Position numbers and translations under genes: made by a program
DNA from: an uncultured Candidatus Saccharibacteria bacterium
Lineage (GTDB): Bacteria > Patescibacteriota > Doudnabacteria > UBA920
Direction: 5' to 3'
Assembly: GCA_964416765.1 (NCBI GenBank)
Contig: CAYQEU010000002.1
Location: 144,877 to 188,905 of the forward strand
Length of the DNA stretch: 44,029 bases
Shown here: piece by piece, positions 1 to 9,377 of the stretch
Position numbering within the stretch: the stretch's first letter is position 1
Layout of the letters: every line of letters begins with the position of its first letter
Notes under the pieces: model-generated
Seen by the model: only the letters and a program-made list of their open reading frames with translations
Databases searched by the model: none
Told to the model about the DNA's origin: nothing

Positions 1-59
1 GAAGCCATCTTTTTTGCCAGACTCTCCGCGTCAGCGACTTTCGTTCGGATCTTCCTCAT
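1..59 (-). CDS. 5' end of a gene running off the left edge (MRKIRTKVADAESLAKKMA...), function unknown
   Basis: ATG at 59-57, open to the window edge; TAAAAT lies 8 nt upstream (73-68); divergent from the DHH gene. Only 19 codons are visible. Confidence 0.35.
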   Translation of the reverse strand, partial: MRKIRTKVADAESLAKKMA

Positions 60-79
60 ATACCTATATTTTAGCCCGA

Positions 80-108
80 TTGACCTTATTAGTAAAATGC
101 CGTATAAT
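80..108 (+). promoter_or_regulatory. sigma70-type promoter for the DHH-like gene
   Basis: TTGACC (80-85), 17 bp, TATAAT (103-108). It places the TSS downstream of ATG 97, favouring ATG 130 as the start. Confidence 0.7.
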
Positions 109-129
109 TTTAAATCACGCTTATTTCCC

Positions 130-1275
130 ATGGAATTATCAATCGAACAACAAATTTTAGAATATTGGAATAAGGCCAAAAAGGTCTTGATTGTACTGCC
201 GGAAAACCCGGGCATTGACCGGACCTGTTCGGCCGTGGCTTTGCAGTTAATGTTCCAGAAAATGCAGAAGCAGGCTGACATTGTTTGCCCAACCGGAATG
301 GAAACCGCTAACCTGGATTTCATTCCGGCTACTCCGGCTGTTATGGAGAAACCAGGGGACCAGAACATCCTGACCATAAGCCTTGATACTTCCCGGTCCA
401 AGCTGGATGAGCTAAGCTACCAGGCCGAAGAAACCGCGGTAAAAATCTTCCTAAAGCCAAAAAACGGCCAGTTTAGTCCCAATGACATCGGTGTTAGCGT
501 GGGCGGTTCCGCTTACGACCTTATTATCTGCGTTGGCGCGCAAAACCTGGAAGCCTTTGGCAAAGCTTACCAGGAAAGTCCTCAGCTCTTTTTCAACACT
601 CCCAAAATTAATATTGATACCAACCCGGCTAACGAGTATTACGGCACAATTAATTTAGTTGATGTGACCGCGAGCTCCATTTCAGAAGTTGTTACGCGCT
701 TGATTGACGCCAATGAACCGGGAGTGATTGACGAAAACATTGCCACCGTTCTGATGGGAGGCATTATTGCCCATACCCATTCATTCCAGGAAGGTTCAAC
801 CACTCCGCAGACTTTATCCATGGCTTCTAAATTGATTACGCAAGGGGCCCGGCAGCAGGACATTATTAAAACTTTGTACAAGACGAAAGACTTCGCGTTG
901 TTAAAGTTGTGGGGTCGCGCGCTGGCCCGCATTAAAACCGCCAAGGAAGGGTCGTTCTTATATTCTTTCCTTCTGGAATCTGATTTTGACAAGACTGGTT
1001 TATCGATTGACTCCCTGCCTCAAGTCATGTCGGAACTAATAGACAATGTGGCGGGATTCCAGGCAGTCGCCCTCATGGGTGAACAGCAGGGGAAAGTGGC
1101 TATTATAGTTTCCGGGCTTCCGCACGCCGGCGTAGATAAGATTGCCCGCGCGCTAGACCAGCGGGCCAAGCCGATTTCGTTGCCAGCTGGATCACACCTG
1201 TACAAATCCATGCAGGTAGAACTTACTGGAGTACTCGAAGAAGCCGAGAACAAACTGCTTTCCGCTGTGTTATAA
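130..1275 (+). CDS. DHH/NrnA-family phosphoesterase-like protein with degenerate catalytic motifs
   Basis: PENPGIDRTCSAVAL resembles motif I (HxxPDxDxxGS); INIDTNPANEYYG sits at the IDHH position; ASSISE and IATVLMGGIIAHTHSF match downstream DHH motifs. Start chosen at 130 (ORF track starts at 97). Confidence 0.75.
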   Translation: MELSIEQQILEYWNKAKKVLIVLPENPGIDRTCSAVALQLMFQKMQKQADIVCPTGMETANLDFIPATPAVMEKPGDQNILTISLDTSRSKLDELSYQAEETAVKIFLKPKNGQFSPNDIGVSVGGSAYDLIICVGAQNLEAFGKAYQESPQLFFNTPKINIDTNPANEYYGTINLVDVTASSISEVVTRLIDANEPGVIDENIATVLMGGIIAHTHSFQEGSTTPQTLSMASKLITQGARQQDIIKTLYKTKDFALLKLWGRALARIKTAKEGSFLYSFLLESDFDKTGLSIDSLPQVMSELIDNVAGFQAVALMGEQQGKVAIIVSGLPHAGVDKIARALDQRAKPISLPAGSHLYKSMQVELTGVLEEAENKLLSAVL

Positions 1276-1276
1276 T
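1268..1276 (+). promoter_or_regulatory. extended -10 promoter candidate for pilB/gspE
   Basis: TG-T-TATAAT overlapping the stop codon of the DHH gene. Confidence 0.55.
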
Positions 1277-1277
1277 T

Positions 1278-1301
1278 AGGGGACTTGGATCCCCTTTTTT
1301 T
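1278..1301 (+). terminator. intrinsic terminator after the DHH gene
   Basis: AGGGGA-cttgga-TCCCCT followed by T6. Confidence 0.65.
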
Positions 1302-1312
1302 GAAACAAAAAT

Positions 1313-2977
1313 ATGGCTCACAATTTTTTGAACCCGAGCCAGCAAGACCTGGTTAGGGCGCTGCGCGAACAAAATTTAAACCTACAGGAACGGGAAGTGC
1401 AAGGCAAAGCTACCTCGCTGGGTTTGCCATATATGAATCTTCATGGCTTTCCCATGGATTTAAACGTGGTGGGGTTGTTTACCGAAGAAGAAGCCCGGAA
1501 CTCCTACAGCGTCCCTTTTTTCCGAGAGGGCCGCGACCTCCGCATTGGAACCACTGACCCAAAGAACGCGCTGCTGAAAACCAAAATCGAAGAACTAGGC
1601 AAGAAATTCAAGATTACCCTGTATTTTATTTCCCCGAGCAGCCTGAACGCTACCTTAAAGCTTTTCGCTAAGATCGCCCACCCGGCAGCCCGTGTTGCCG
1701 CCAAAGTTGAGGTTGACCCACAAATTGACTATGTTGCCCGCGTGCGCGATTTAATTCCCGCGCCAGAGAAAGTTTATCCGGCAGCCACCGACATTATCGC
1801 CGACCTCATGGGGGCGGCGCTCGCGCTCGATGCTTCTGATATCCACTTGGAACCGGAAGAGCATATGTTCAAAGTCCGTTACCGCATTGACGGAATTTTG
1901 CAGGATATGGTTCACATTGACCCCGCGCAGCAGAACGCCATTCTTTCCCGCATCAAGATCATCTCCAAACTTAAATTAAACGTCACCAATGTTCCGCAGG
2001 ACGGCCGGTTTACTTTCTATTCCGGCAAGGGCGCGGAGGTTAAGCCAGTGGACGTGCGTGTTTCTTTTCTGCCTTCCGCGTTTGGCGAAGCGGTGGTTAT
2101 GCGTCTGCTCGGTACGTCGGCCACCAATCTGAAGTTGGACCAGCTTGGCCTCCGGGGGAAAGCCTACAAAGTTATTGAGCACCAGTTGAGCAAACCGAAC
2201 GGGATGATAATTACAACCGGCCCGACCGGAAGCGGAAAAACCACCACCCTGTACGCGTTCCTGAACCAGTTAAATGAACCGGGCGTGAAGATCATCACTT
2301 TGGAAGACCCGGTTGAATATAAGCTGGAAGGAATCCAGCAAACTCCGATTGACCATAACGTTGATTTCAATTTTGCCAAAGGTCTGCGCGCAATATTGCG
2401 CCAGGATCCTGACATAGTGATGGTTGGTGAAATCCGTGATGGCGAAACCGCGGAGACAGCGCTCCAAGCCGCGCTCACGGGCCACATTGTTTTGTCCACT
2501 TTGCACACTAACGACGCTTCCGGCGCCATTCCCCGTTTGATTGTTATGGGAAGCAAGCCTTTTATTATCGCGCCCGCCATGAACGCTATTATCGCCCAGC
2601 GTCTCGTGCGCAAGATTTGTCAGCAGTGCAAACAGCCGGCGGAAGTTAGCGAAGAGAACATGGGTTACGTGAAGGATATACTGTCGGCTATCCCGGAATC
2701 GTCGGGGACCGAAGTTCCCAAGGAGCTGAAATTCTACCACTCACCCGGATGCAGTGCCTGTCATAATTTAGGCTACCAGGGGCGCATTGGTATTTACGAA
2801 GTCATGGAAGTTGATGACGAAGTCAAAGAGTTAATTAACAAAGAAGCTTCAGCTGTTGAATTGAAACAGCACGCCGTAAAGGCCGGAATGATTACCATGG
2901 TGCAGGATGGTTTACTCAAAGCGCTTGATGGCATTACTGACGTTGAAGAAGTATTCCGCGTGGCCGGGGACTGGTAG
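1313..2977 (+). CDS. PilB/GspE-family type IV pilus / T2SS assembly ATPase
   Basis: Walker A GPTGSGKTT, Asp box TLEDPVEY, LRQDPDIVMVGEIRD, His box LSTLHTND, Zn motif CQQC...CSAC..GYQGRIGIYE, N-terminal T2SSE_N-like domain. Confidence 0.95.
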   Translation: MAHNFLNPSQQDLVRALREQNLNLQEREVQGKATSLGLPYMNLHGFPMDLNVVGLFTEEEARNSYSVPFFREGRDLRIGTTDPKNALLKTKIEELGKKFKITLYFISPSSLNATLKLFAKIAHPAARVAAKVEVDPQIDYVARVRDLIPAPEKVYPAATDIIADLMGAALALDASDIHLEPEEHMFKVRYRIDGILQDMVHIDPAQQNAILSRIKIISKLKLNVTNVPQDGRFTFYSGKGAEVKPVDVRVSFLPSAFGEAVVMRLLGTSATNLKLDQLGLRGKAYKVIEHQLSKPNGMIITTGPTGSGKTTTLYAFLNQLNEPGVKIITLEDPVEYKLEGIQQTPIDHNVDFNFAKGLRAILRQDPDIVMVGEIRDGETAETALQAALTGHIVLSTLHTNDASGAIPRLIVMGSKPFIIAPAMNAIIAQRLVRKICQQCKQPAEVSEENMGYVKDILSAIPESSGTEVPKELKFYHSPGCSACHNLGYQGRIGIYEVMEVDDEVKELINKEASAVELKQHAVKAGMITMVQDGLLKALDGITDVEEVFRVAGDW

Positions 2978-3001
2978 TCTTCAATTGTGAAACTTTTGCC
3001 T

Positions 3002-3030
3002 AAAACTCCCGTAAATAAGGGAGTTTTATT
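3002..3030 (+). terminator. intrinsic terminator after pilB/gspE
   Basis: AAAACTCCC-gtaaataa-GGGAGTTTT followed by ATT. Confidence 0.7.
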
Positions 3031-3081
3031 GTTTGCCAAGGTTTCTGAATTAAGGCAATTTAAGGTAAAATTACTATAGCT

Positions 3082-5862
3082 ATGGCAAAGAAACCCCAAT
3101 ACAAATACATGTTAATAGATGGGAACGCACTGGTGCATCGTGGGTACCACGCGATTCCCGGACTGACTACAAAAACGGGCGAGCCTACCGGCGCGGTGTA
3201 CGGCTTTGTTTCTATTTTGCTGCGCGCGATTAAGGATTTAAAACCCACGCATATTGCCTGCGCGTTCGACCTGGCCGGGCCAACTTTCCGCCACGAGGAA
3301 TATAAAGAGTACAAGGGTACCCGCGTAAAAGCGGCGGATGATTTGTACGCGCAAATTCCCCGCGTCCACGAAGTTGTTGAAGCCCTGAATATTCCCATCT
3401 ACACCCGGGCGGGGTTCGAAGCGGATGACGTGCTCGGCACTTTAGCCACGCACATTTGCCAGGAGCAAAATGGCGACGCCGAAGTAATGATTGTTACCGG
3501 GGATTTGGACACGCTCCAGTTGGTAAACGATTGTATCAAGATTTACACTTTGCGCAAGGGGATAGCAGACACGGCCGTGTATGACAAAGCAGCCATTAAG
3601 GAACGGTATGGTTTGAAGCCAGCCCAGATGTTGGATTACAAGGCGCTGCGCGGTGACCCCTCCGACAACATCAAGGGAGTTAAAGGAATTGGTGAAAAGG
3701 GAGCCATGGAGTTGATTAAGGATTTTGGCAGTATTGAAAATTTGTATAAGGAGATTCACGCGGACTCGAAGAAGAGCAAAGATATTAAACCCCGCAGTTT
3801 ACAGCTCCTCAAGGATGGGGAAGAAGACGCCCGAAAGGCGCACTACCTGTCGACCATAGTCTGCGACTTGCCTTTGGATATTAAACTACCCGCGTATGAA
3901 TTCACCCGCAGCAACCTAACGGAAGTTACCGCGCTTTTCCAACAGCTGGAATTCAAAAGCCTCATGGACAAGCTTCCCAAGAATTACCTGCCCAACGGGG
4001 CCAAGCTGGCGCAAATTGAAATTGATACCGTTGATGATGTTGTCCGCCCGGTTGAGCAAGCTCAGCGCGGCGGCGAAAAATACATACTGGTAGATACTCC
4101 GGCTAAACTGGTGCCTCTACTGAAGAAGCTTCAAACGAAAAAGGAAATCGCCATTGACACCGAAACTAACAGCATTAACGCTATCGTGGCAGAACTGGTT
4201 GGCGTGTCTTTAAGCTTCGCCGAAAAGGAAGCTTACTATATTACGGCGGAAGTGGTGCGGGGGAGCAAGGAACTGCAGGAGCTGATTGCCAGCGACAAAC
4301 TCAAAAAAATAGGGCAAAACATTAAATATGATTATTTGGTGTTTGAAAACGCTGGAATAAAAATGGGTGGTTTAGACTTTGACACCATGGTGGCTTCCTA
4401 TTTGTTGAATTCCGGCACTCGCCAGTACAGCCTCGATACCCTGGCGTTTAACGAGTTAGGTTACCAAATGCAGCCTATTAGTGAGCTTATAGGCACCGGT
4501 AAAAACCAAATCACTATGGACCAGGTCGACCCGGAGAAAGTCAGCTGGTACGCGGGCGAAGACGCGGATATTACTCTCCGCCTGTCCAAGATTTTTCGTC
4601 CGGAGTTAAAGCAGGAGAAACTAGTTAAAATTTTTGATGAAATTGAAATGCCGCTTATTCCTGTTTTGGCGGCGATGGAGCGCAACGGCGTGATTTTGGA
4701 TATCGAACTCATGGCCAAATTGTCCAAGGAAGCGCAAAAACAAATCGCTTCATTGGAGAAGGAAATTTACCGGTTGGCTGGCGAAGAGTTTAATATCAAG
4801 TCGCCCCAGCAGTTAAAAGTGGTGTTGTTTGAGAAGTTAGGACTGGAAACCGTGGGGAACAAAAAAACGAAAACCGGAATCTCTACCGCGGCCGGTGAAC
4901 TGGAAAAGATGCTGGGCCAGCATCCAATTATTGAAAAGATAATGCAGTACCGTGAAGTGACAAAACTCGAGTCAACTTACCTGTCCGCCTTGCCGGGCTT
5001 GGTTAACCCCGCCACCGGTCGCATTCATACCAATTACAACCAAACTATCGCGGCGACCGGGCGGCTCTCCTCTACTGACCCGAACCTGCAAAATATTCCG
5101 GTGCGAGGCACGGGGTTGGGCGCGGAAATTCGCAAGGCTTTCGTGGCAGCGCCTGGGTACAAGCTGGTGTCGCTTGATTACTCGCAGATTGAGTTGCGTA
5201 TCGTAGCGCATATTTCCAAGGATAAAGCCATGCTCGAAACTTTCAAAAGCAATGGGGACATTCACTTAACAACGGCGCTGGCCGTGTTTGGCCTGCCCGA
5301 AAAGGAAATCACCCCCGACATGCGGCGCGATGCCAAGACTATTAATTTCGGTATTTTGTACGGTCTTTCCAGTTTTGGTTTGACCAGCCGTATCTCCGAG
5401 GTTTCCCATGCTGACGCCAAGACTTTTATTGAAAAGTACTTCGAAACTTATCCAGGAGTGCGCAAGTACATGGATGACATTAAGGACGAGGTGAATACTC
5501 TTGGACTGGTAAAAAATGAATTGGGCCGCACTCGCAAATTTCCGGAAATCCGTTCCAATCAATTCTTTATTCGCGCCGCAGCGGAGCGCGCCGCCATTAA
5601 TTTCCCGATTCAGAGCCTGCAGGCCGATATCATCAAAATGGCTATGATTAACATAGACAAGGAAATCGCCGGTAAATCTGAGGAAGTCAAAATGCTGCTT
5701 CAGGTGCATGACGAACTGGTATTTGAAATCCGGGAAGATAAGGTCGAAGCGTGGGTGAAGAAGCTGCGTCCGCTCATGGAGAATTCTTACAAACTGTCCC
5801 TGCCGATTATAGTAGACGCCAAAGCGGGTGACAGCTGGGGCGATATGGAAAAGATCAAATAA
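3082..5862 (+). CDS. polA: DNA polymerase I
   Basis: 5'-3' exonuclease (LIDGNALVHRGYHA, GFEADD, ALRGDPSDN); 3'-5' exonuclease motifs DTET, QNIKYD, YAGED; polymerase motifs DYSQIELR, AKTINFGILYG, LQVHDELVFE. Confidence 0.99.
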   Translation: MAKKPQYKYMLIDGNALVHRGYHAIPGLTTKTGEPTGAVYGFVSILLRAIKDLKPTHIACAFDLAGPTFRHEEYKEYKGTRVKAADDLYAQIPRVHEVVEALNIPIYTRAGFEADDVLGTLATHICQEQNGDAEVMIVTGDLDTLQLVNDCIKIYTLRKGIADTAVYDKAAIKERYGLKPAQMLDYKALRGDPSDNIKGVKGIGEKGAMELIKDFGSIENLYKEIHADSKKSKDIKPRSLQLLKDGEEDARKAHYLSTIVCDLPLDIKLPAYEFTRSNLTEVTALFQQLEFKSLMDKLPKNYLPNGAKLAQIEIDTVDDVVRPVEQAQRGGEKYILVDTPAKLVPLLKKLQTKKEIAIDTETNSINAIVAELVGVSLSFAEKEAYYITAEVVRGSKELQELIASDKLKKIGQNIKYDYLVFENAGIKMGGLDFDTMVASYLLNSGTRQYSLDTLAFNELGYQMQPISELIGTGKNQITMDQVDPEKVSWYAGEDADITLRLSKIFRPELKQEKLVKIFDEIEMPLIPVLAAMERNGVILDIELMAKLSKEAQKQIASLEKEIYRLAGEEFNIKSPQQLKVVLFEKLGLETVGNKKTKTGISTAAGELEKMLGQHPIIEKIMQYREVTKLESTYLSALPGLVNPATGRIHTNYNQTIAATGRLSSTDPNLQNIPVRGTGLGAEIRKAFVAAPGYKLVSLDYSQIELRIVAHISKDKAMLETFKSNGDIHLTTALAVFGLPEKEITPDMRRDAKTINFGILYGLSSFGLTSRISEVSHADAKTFIEKYFETYPGVRKYMDDIKDEVNTLGLVKNELGRTRKFPEIRSNQFFIRAAAERAAINFPIQSLQADIIKMAMINIDKEIAGKSEEVKMLLQVHDELVFEIREDKVEAWVKKLRPLMENSYKLSLPIIVDAKAGDSWGDMEKIK

Positions 5863-5886
5863 AAAAGCTCCCTTGCGGGAGCTTTT
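5863..5886. terminator. bidirectional terminator between convergent polA and rpsT
   Basis: AAAAGCTCCC-ttgc-GGGAGCTTTT, 10-bp perfect stem with A/T tails on both sides. Confidence 0.85.
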
Positions 5887-5889
5887 AAA

Positions 5890-6159
5890 TTATTTAGCGC
5901 TGAGCTTGTTGATGGACTTGGCCATGCGGGATTTCTTGCGAGAAGCGGTGTTCTTGTGGATCACACCTTTCTTTACGGCTTTGTCGAGGGCGGCCATCGC
6001 GTCCTTCAGGGCGGCGGCGGCGTCGTTGGCGCTGGAACCGGCAACAAACTTCTTCACTTTCTTAACCGCGGATTTAACTTTATCCTTGGTCTTGATGTTG
6101 TTGGCGCGGCGGCGGTTAGCCTGCCGCATTGCCTTAGCGGCAGATTTAGTATTTGGCAT
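5890..6159 (-). CDS. rpsT: 30S ribosomal protein S20
   Basis: MPNTKSAAKAMRQANRRRANN...KSAVKK...LDKAVKKGVIHKNTASRKKSR. Confidence 0.98.
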   Translation of the reverse strand: MPNTKSAAKAMRQANRRRANNIKTKDKVKSAVKKVKKFVAGSSANDAAAALKDAMAALDKAVKKGVIHKNTASRKKSRMAKSINKLSAK

Positions 6160-6231
6160 TCAATATTATTAGTTCTAACTTGCGCTTCCGCCCTTCTGCC
6201 TGACACGGTAGGAAAGCTCGAAAGCCATAAG

Positions 6232-6260
6232 ATTCTAGCAAAAACAGGGGGTTTTGTAAA
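6232..6260 (-). promoter_or_regulatory. sigma70 promoter of rpsT
   Basis: Minus strand TTTACA (6260-6255), 17 bp, TAGAAT (6237-6232), with an extended TG. Confidence 0.7.
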
Positions 6261-6264
6261 TAGC

Positions 6265-8313
6265 TTACTTCCTCAGCTTCATCACTTTCTTTATTTCAGC
6301 CAGCTTGTCCCGGATGCTGGCCGCCAATTCAAACTCCAGGTTTTGTGAGGCCATGTCCATTTGTTCTTCCAACTCGCGGATGTAGTACTTCAGTTCCTGC
6401 TTGTCCATTTTGCTCGGGTCGGCATCGGCATCAGTATCAATTCCCGGCAGGCTTTCTTTCATGCCGCCTAAACGGGACTCGTCGATTTTCTTTTGGACCG
6501 TGGTTGGGGTGATGCCGTGCTGTTTGTTGTATTCTTCCTGGATTTTGCGGCGGCGCGTGGTTTCGGAAATGGCGCGCTGCATGGAACCGGTCATGTTATC
6601 GGCGTACATTATGACGTGGCCATTAACGTGGCGCGCGGCGCGTCCCATGATTTGCATGAACGCCGTTTCACTGCGCAGGAATCCTTCCTTGTCCGCGTCC
6701 AGGATGGCGACCAATGAAACTTCAGGAAGGTCGAGCCCTTCGCGGAGCAGGTTAATCCCAATGACCACGTCGTACACCCCCAGACGCAAGTCGCGCAAGA
6801 TTTCCAGCCGTTCAAAAGTTTCGACTTCGGAATGGAGGTACTGCGATTTAATACCCGCTTCCTTGATGTATTCAGACAACTCTTCCGCCATGCGCTTTGA
6901 AAGCGTGGTTACCAATACTCTCTCGTGTCTGGCAATCCGCATGTGGATTTGTTCGAGCAGGTTATCAACCTGGTTCTTGATGGGCTGAATCTCGATGGTC
7001 GGGTCGAGCAACCCAGTCGGACGGTTAATTTGTTCGACAATTGTGGTTTTGCTTAGGTCACCGGTAATGGGGGATTTTTTCTTGTCAGTCACCAGGTAGT
7101 TTTCCTGCAGGCTTTTTCTTATCTCGTAAGGGGCGGGAGTGGCTGATACGTAAACCGCCTGGTGGACTTTAGCGTCAAATTCATCAAATTTTAACGGCCG
7201 GTTATCCAAGGCGGAGGGCAGGCGGAAGCCATAATCAATTAAAGTGGATTTGCGGGAACGATCACCTTCGTACATGGCCCCGATTTGTGGGATGGTTTGG
7301 TGTGATTCATCAATGAACAGCAGAAAGTCATCTGGGAAGTAGTCGATTAGCGTGGAAGGCGGTTCGCCGGGCGCGCGGCCGTCCATATGACGGGAGTAAT
7401 TTTCAATTCCGGAAACAAAACCGGTATTAGTAAGCATCTCCAGGTCAAAATTGGTGCGCTGTTCTATGCGCGCCGCTTCCAGGACTTTGCCTTCGGTTTT
7501 AAATTTGGCGACTTGTTCCAGGAGTTCCTTACGGATGTTTTCCGCTGCTTCTTGGATTTTGTCCTCCGGGGTTACGAAATGCTTGGCTGGGAAGATCTTA
7601 ACCGAATTCAGTTCTTCCAAAGTCTCGCCGGAAATGATATGCCGCCGTTCTATTTTTTCAATCTCATCGCCAAAAAGTTGCAGCCTTATAATAGTGTCTT
7701 CGGAAGCCAGCACTATTTCCACGGTATCTCCCTGCGCGCGGTAAGTGCCGCGATGCAGGTCCATGTCATTGCGCTGGAACTGCAAATCAGTCAGGCGGCG
7801 GAGCAGGCGGTCGCGTTTCAGGGTTTGGCCGCGTTTAATCTCCAGCGACAATTCCAGGTAATCAGCCGGATTTCCCAAACCGTAAATGCAGGAAACCGAC
7901 GCCACTATTAATACATCGGACCTGGTGAGCAAGCTTTGGGTGGCCGCGTTGCGCAAGCGGTCGATTTCCTCGTTAATCTGGGTTTCTTTTTCAATGTAGG
8001 TGTCACTGCGGGGGATGTAAGCCTCCGGCTGGTAGTAGTCATAGTAGGACACAAAATAATGCACCGCGTTGTCGGGGAAAAACTGCTGGAACTCCGAGGC
8101 AAGCTGGGCGGCCAAAGTTTTATTGTGGCAAATAACCAAAGTGGGCTTTTGGATTTGCGCCACTATGTTGGCCATGGTAAAAGTTTTCCCAGACCCGGTC
8201 ACGCCGAGCAGGGTCTGGTGGCGGTAGCCTTCTTTTAAGGACTTAACCAACCCTTCAATTGCTCTGGGTTGGTCGCCAGCGGGGGAGTATTTAGTTTCGA
8301 GTTGGAATTTCAT
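6265..8313 (-). CDS. uvrB: excinuclease ABC subunit B
   Basis: GDQPRAI, LLGVTGSGKTFT, HNKTLAAQL, VSYYDYYQPEAY, DESH, INLLREGLDLPEV, GRAARH and a C-terminal UVR domain. Confidence 0.99.
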   Translation of the reverse strand: MKFQLETKYSPAGDQPRAIEGLVKSLKEGYRHQTLLGVTGSGKTFTMANIVAQIQKPTLVICHNKTLAAQLASEFQQFFPDNAVHYFVSYYDYYQPEAYIPRSDTYIEKETQINEEIDRLRNAATQSLLTRSDVLIVASVSCIYGLGNPADYLELSLEIKRGQTLKRDRLLRRLTDLQFQRNDMDLHRGTYRAQGDTVEIVLASEDTIIRLQLFGDEIEKIERRHIISGETLEELNSVKIFPAKHFVTPEDKIQEAAENIRKELLEQVAKFKTEGKVLEAARIEQRTNFDLEMLTNTGFVSGIENYSRHMDGRAPGEPPSTLIDYFPDDFLLFIDESHQTIPQIGAMYEGDRSRKSTLIDYGFRLPSALDNRPLKFDEFDAKVHQAVYVSATPAPYEIRKSLQENYLVTDKKKSPITGDLSKTTIVEQINRPTGLLDPTIEIQPIKNQVDNLLEQIHMRIARHERVLVTTLSKRMAEELSEYIKEAGIKSQYLHSEVETFERLEILRDLRLGVYDVVIGINLLREGLDLPEVSLVAILDADKEGFLRSETAFMQIMGRAARHVNGHVIMYADNMTGSMQRAISETTRRRKIQEEYNKQHGITPTTVQKKIDESRLGGMKESLPGIDTDADADPSKMDKQELKYYIRELEEQMDMASQNLEFELAASIRDKLAEIKKVMKLRK

Positions 8314-8340
8314 ATCAACTTATAGCATAACAGAAATTGT

Positions 8341-8410
8341 TAGCACAATCCATCCATTGGCTCATTAAACGCTAATCGCGGAATCATTCTCCAATGGATG
8401 GATTGTGCTA
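8341..8410. repeat. 70-bp element with perfect 20-bp terminal inverted repeats (MITE-like candidate)
   Basis: TAGCACAATCCATCCATTGG (8341-8360) and CCAATGGATGGATTGTGCTA (8391-8410) are exact reverse complements around a 30-nt spacer; the outer TA dinucleotides could be a target-site duplication. The IR is certain; the MITE reading is inference. Confidence 0.8.
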
Positions 8411-8414
8411 TAAT
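8406..8414 (+). promoter_or_regulatory. extended -10 promoter, probable leaderless transcript of the ABC ATPase
   Basis: TG-C-TATAAT followed by 6 nt (CCCACC) and ATG 8421. Confidence 0.7.
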
Positions 8415-8420
8415 CCCACC

Positions 8421-9377
8421 ATGGAAAACGTGATTGAAGTAAAAGATTTAAGGAAAACTTACCAATTGCCGCGCGCCGACCGGACCGCCGACCGGACCGA
8501 ATTCGAAGCCGTTAAGGGCACCAGTTTTTCGGTGTCCAAAGGAGAAATCTTTGGGATTCTGGGACCAAACGGTGCTGGGAAGACAACCACCCTGGAAATT
8601 CTGGAAGGCCTCAAGACCCAAACCGCCGGTTCAGTATCGGTGCTGGGAATTGATAACCGGAAAGACCCGCTGGGGATCAAGCGCCGCATTGGAGTACAGC
8701 TCCAATCCAGCGAATATTTTAACCTGCTCAACCTTACCGAATTACTGGAATTGTTTGGCTCATTATATGGCCAAAAGCCTGATACCCAGGAACTGCTTGG
8801 GTTTGTGGGCCTGAAGGACAAAGCCCATGAGCTGGTAACTAATCTATCGGGCGGGCAAAAGCAGCGTTTCACTTTAGCCAGTAGTCTGGTAAATAATCCC
8901 GAGATCTTGTTCTTGGATGAACCTACCACCGGGTTAGACCCGCGCGCGCGCCGGGACGTGTGGCACTTGGTACGGGACATAAATAAAAAAGGGATTACCG
9001 TAGTCATAACTACCCACTACATGGAAGAAGCGGAGTACTTATGCGACCGTGTCGCGATAATGGCGGAAGGGAAGATTCTAACCATGAACGAACCACAGTC
9101 CCTTATTGAAGACTTGTCCCACACCACCCAAATTTCTTTTTTTGTCGAAGACGAGCTGCCAGCAGAATGGGCCAAAGATATTCCTGAAATTGAAAAGGTT
9201 TATAGCAACTACCCGAAAGTAATTTTGGAAATTAAATCGCTCGATTCCATATCCCATATTCTTAACACTTTAAAACAGCAGCAAATTCGTTTCAGTGGCT
9301 TCACCGTAAAGACAGCTACCCTGGAAGATGTTTACCTGGACTTAACCGGCCAGGAATTTGGGGAGGACACGCCATGA
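8421..9377 (+). CDS. ABC-2 type exporter, ATP-binding subunit
   Basis: Walker A GPNGAGKTT, signature LSGGQKQR, Walker B LFLDEPTTGLD, H-loop TTHYMEEA. Start taken at 8421 (MENVIEVK). Confidence 0.95.
   Translation: MENVIEVKDLRKTYQLPRADRTADRTEFEAVKGTSFSVSKGEIFGILGPNGAGKTTTLEILEGLKTQTAGSVSVLGIDNRKDPLGIKRRIGVQLQSSEYFNLLNLTELLELFGSLYGQKPDTQELLGFVGLKDKAHELVTNLSGGQKQRFTLASSLVNNPEILFLDEPTTGLDPRARRDVWHLVRDINKKGITVVITTHYMEEAEYLCDRVAIMAEGKILTMNEPQSLIEDLSHTTQISFFVEDELPAEWAKDIPEIEKVYSNYPKVILEIKSLDSISHILNTLKQQQIRFSGFTVKTATLEDVYLDLTGQEFGEDTP

Noticed and set aside
1313-2977. A complete type IV pilus or T2SS locus
   Set aside because: Only the ATPase is present, bounded by terminators; no pilC, pilin or prepilin peptidase genes adjacent
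6160-6225. Possible autoregulatory RNA structure in the roughly 65-nt rpsT leader
   Set aside because: Only weak, G-U-rich pairing visible; cannot be supported without a comparative alignment
8314-8340. LexA/SOS boxes upstream of uvrB and ruvA (17928-18018)
   Set aside because: No GAAC-N4-GTTC or CTG-N10-CAG match found by eye
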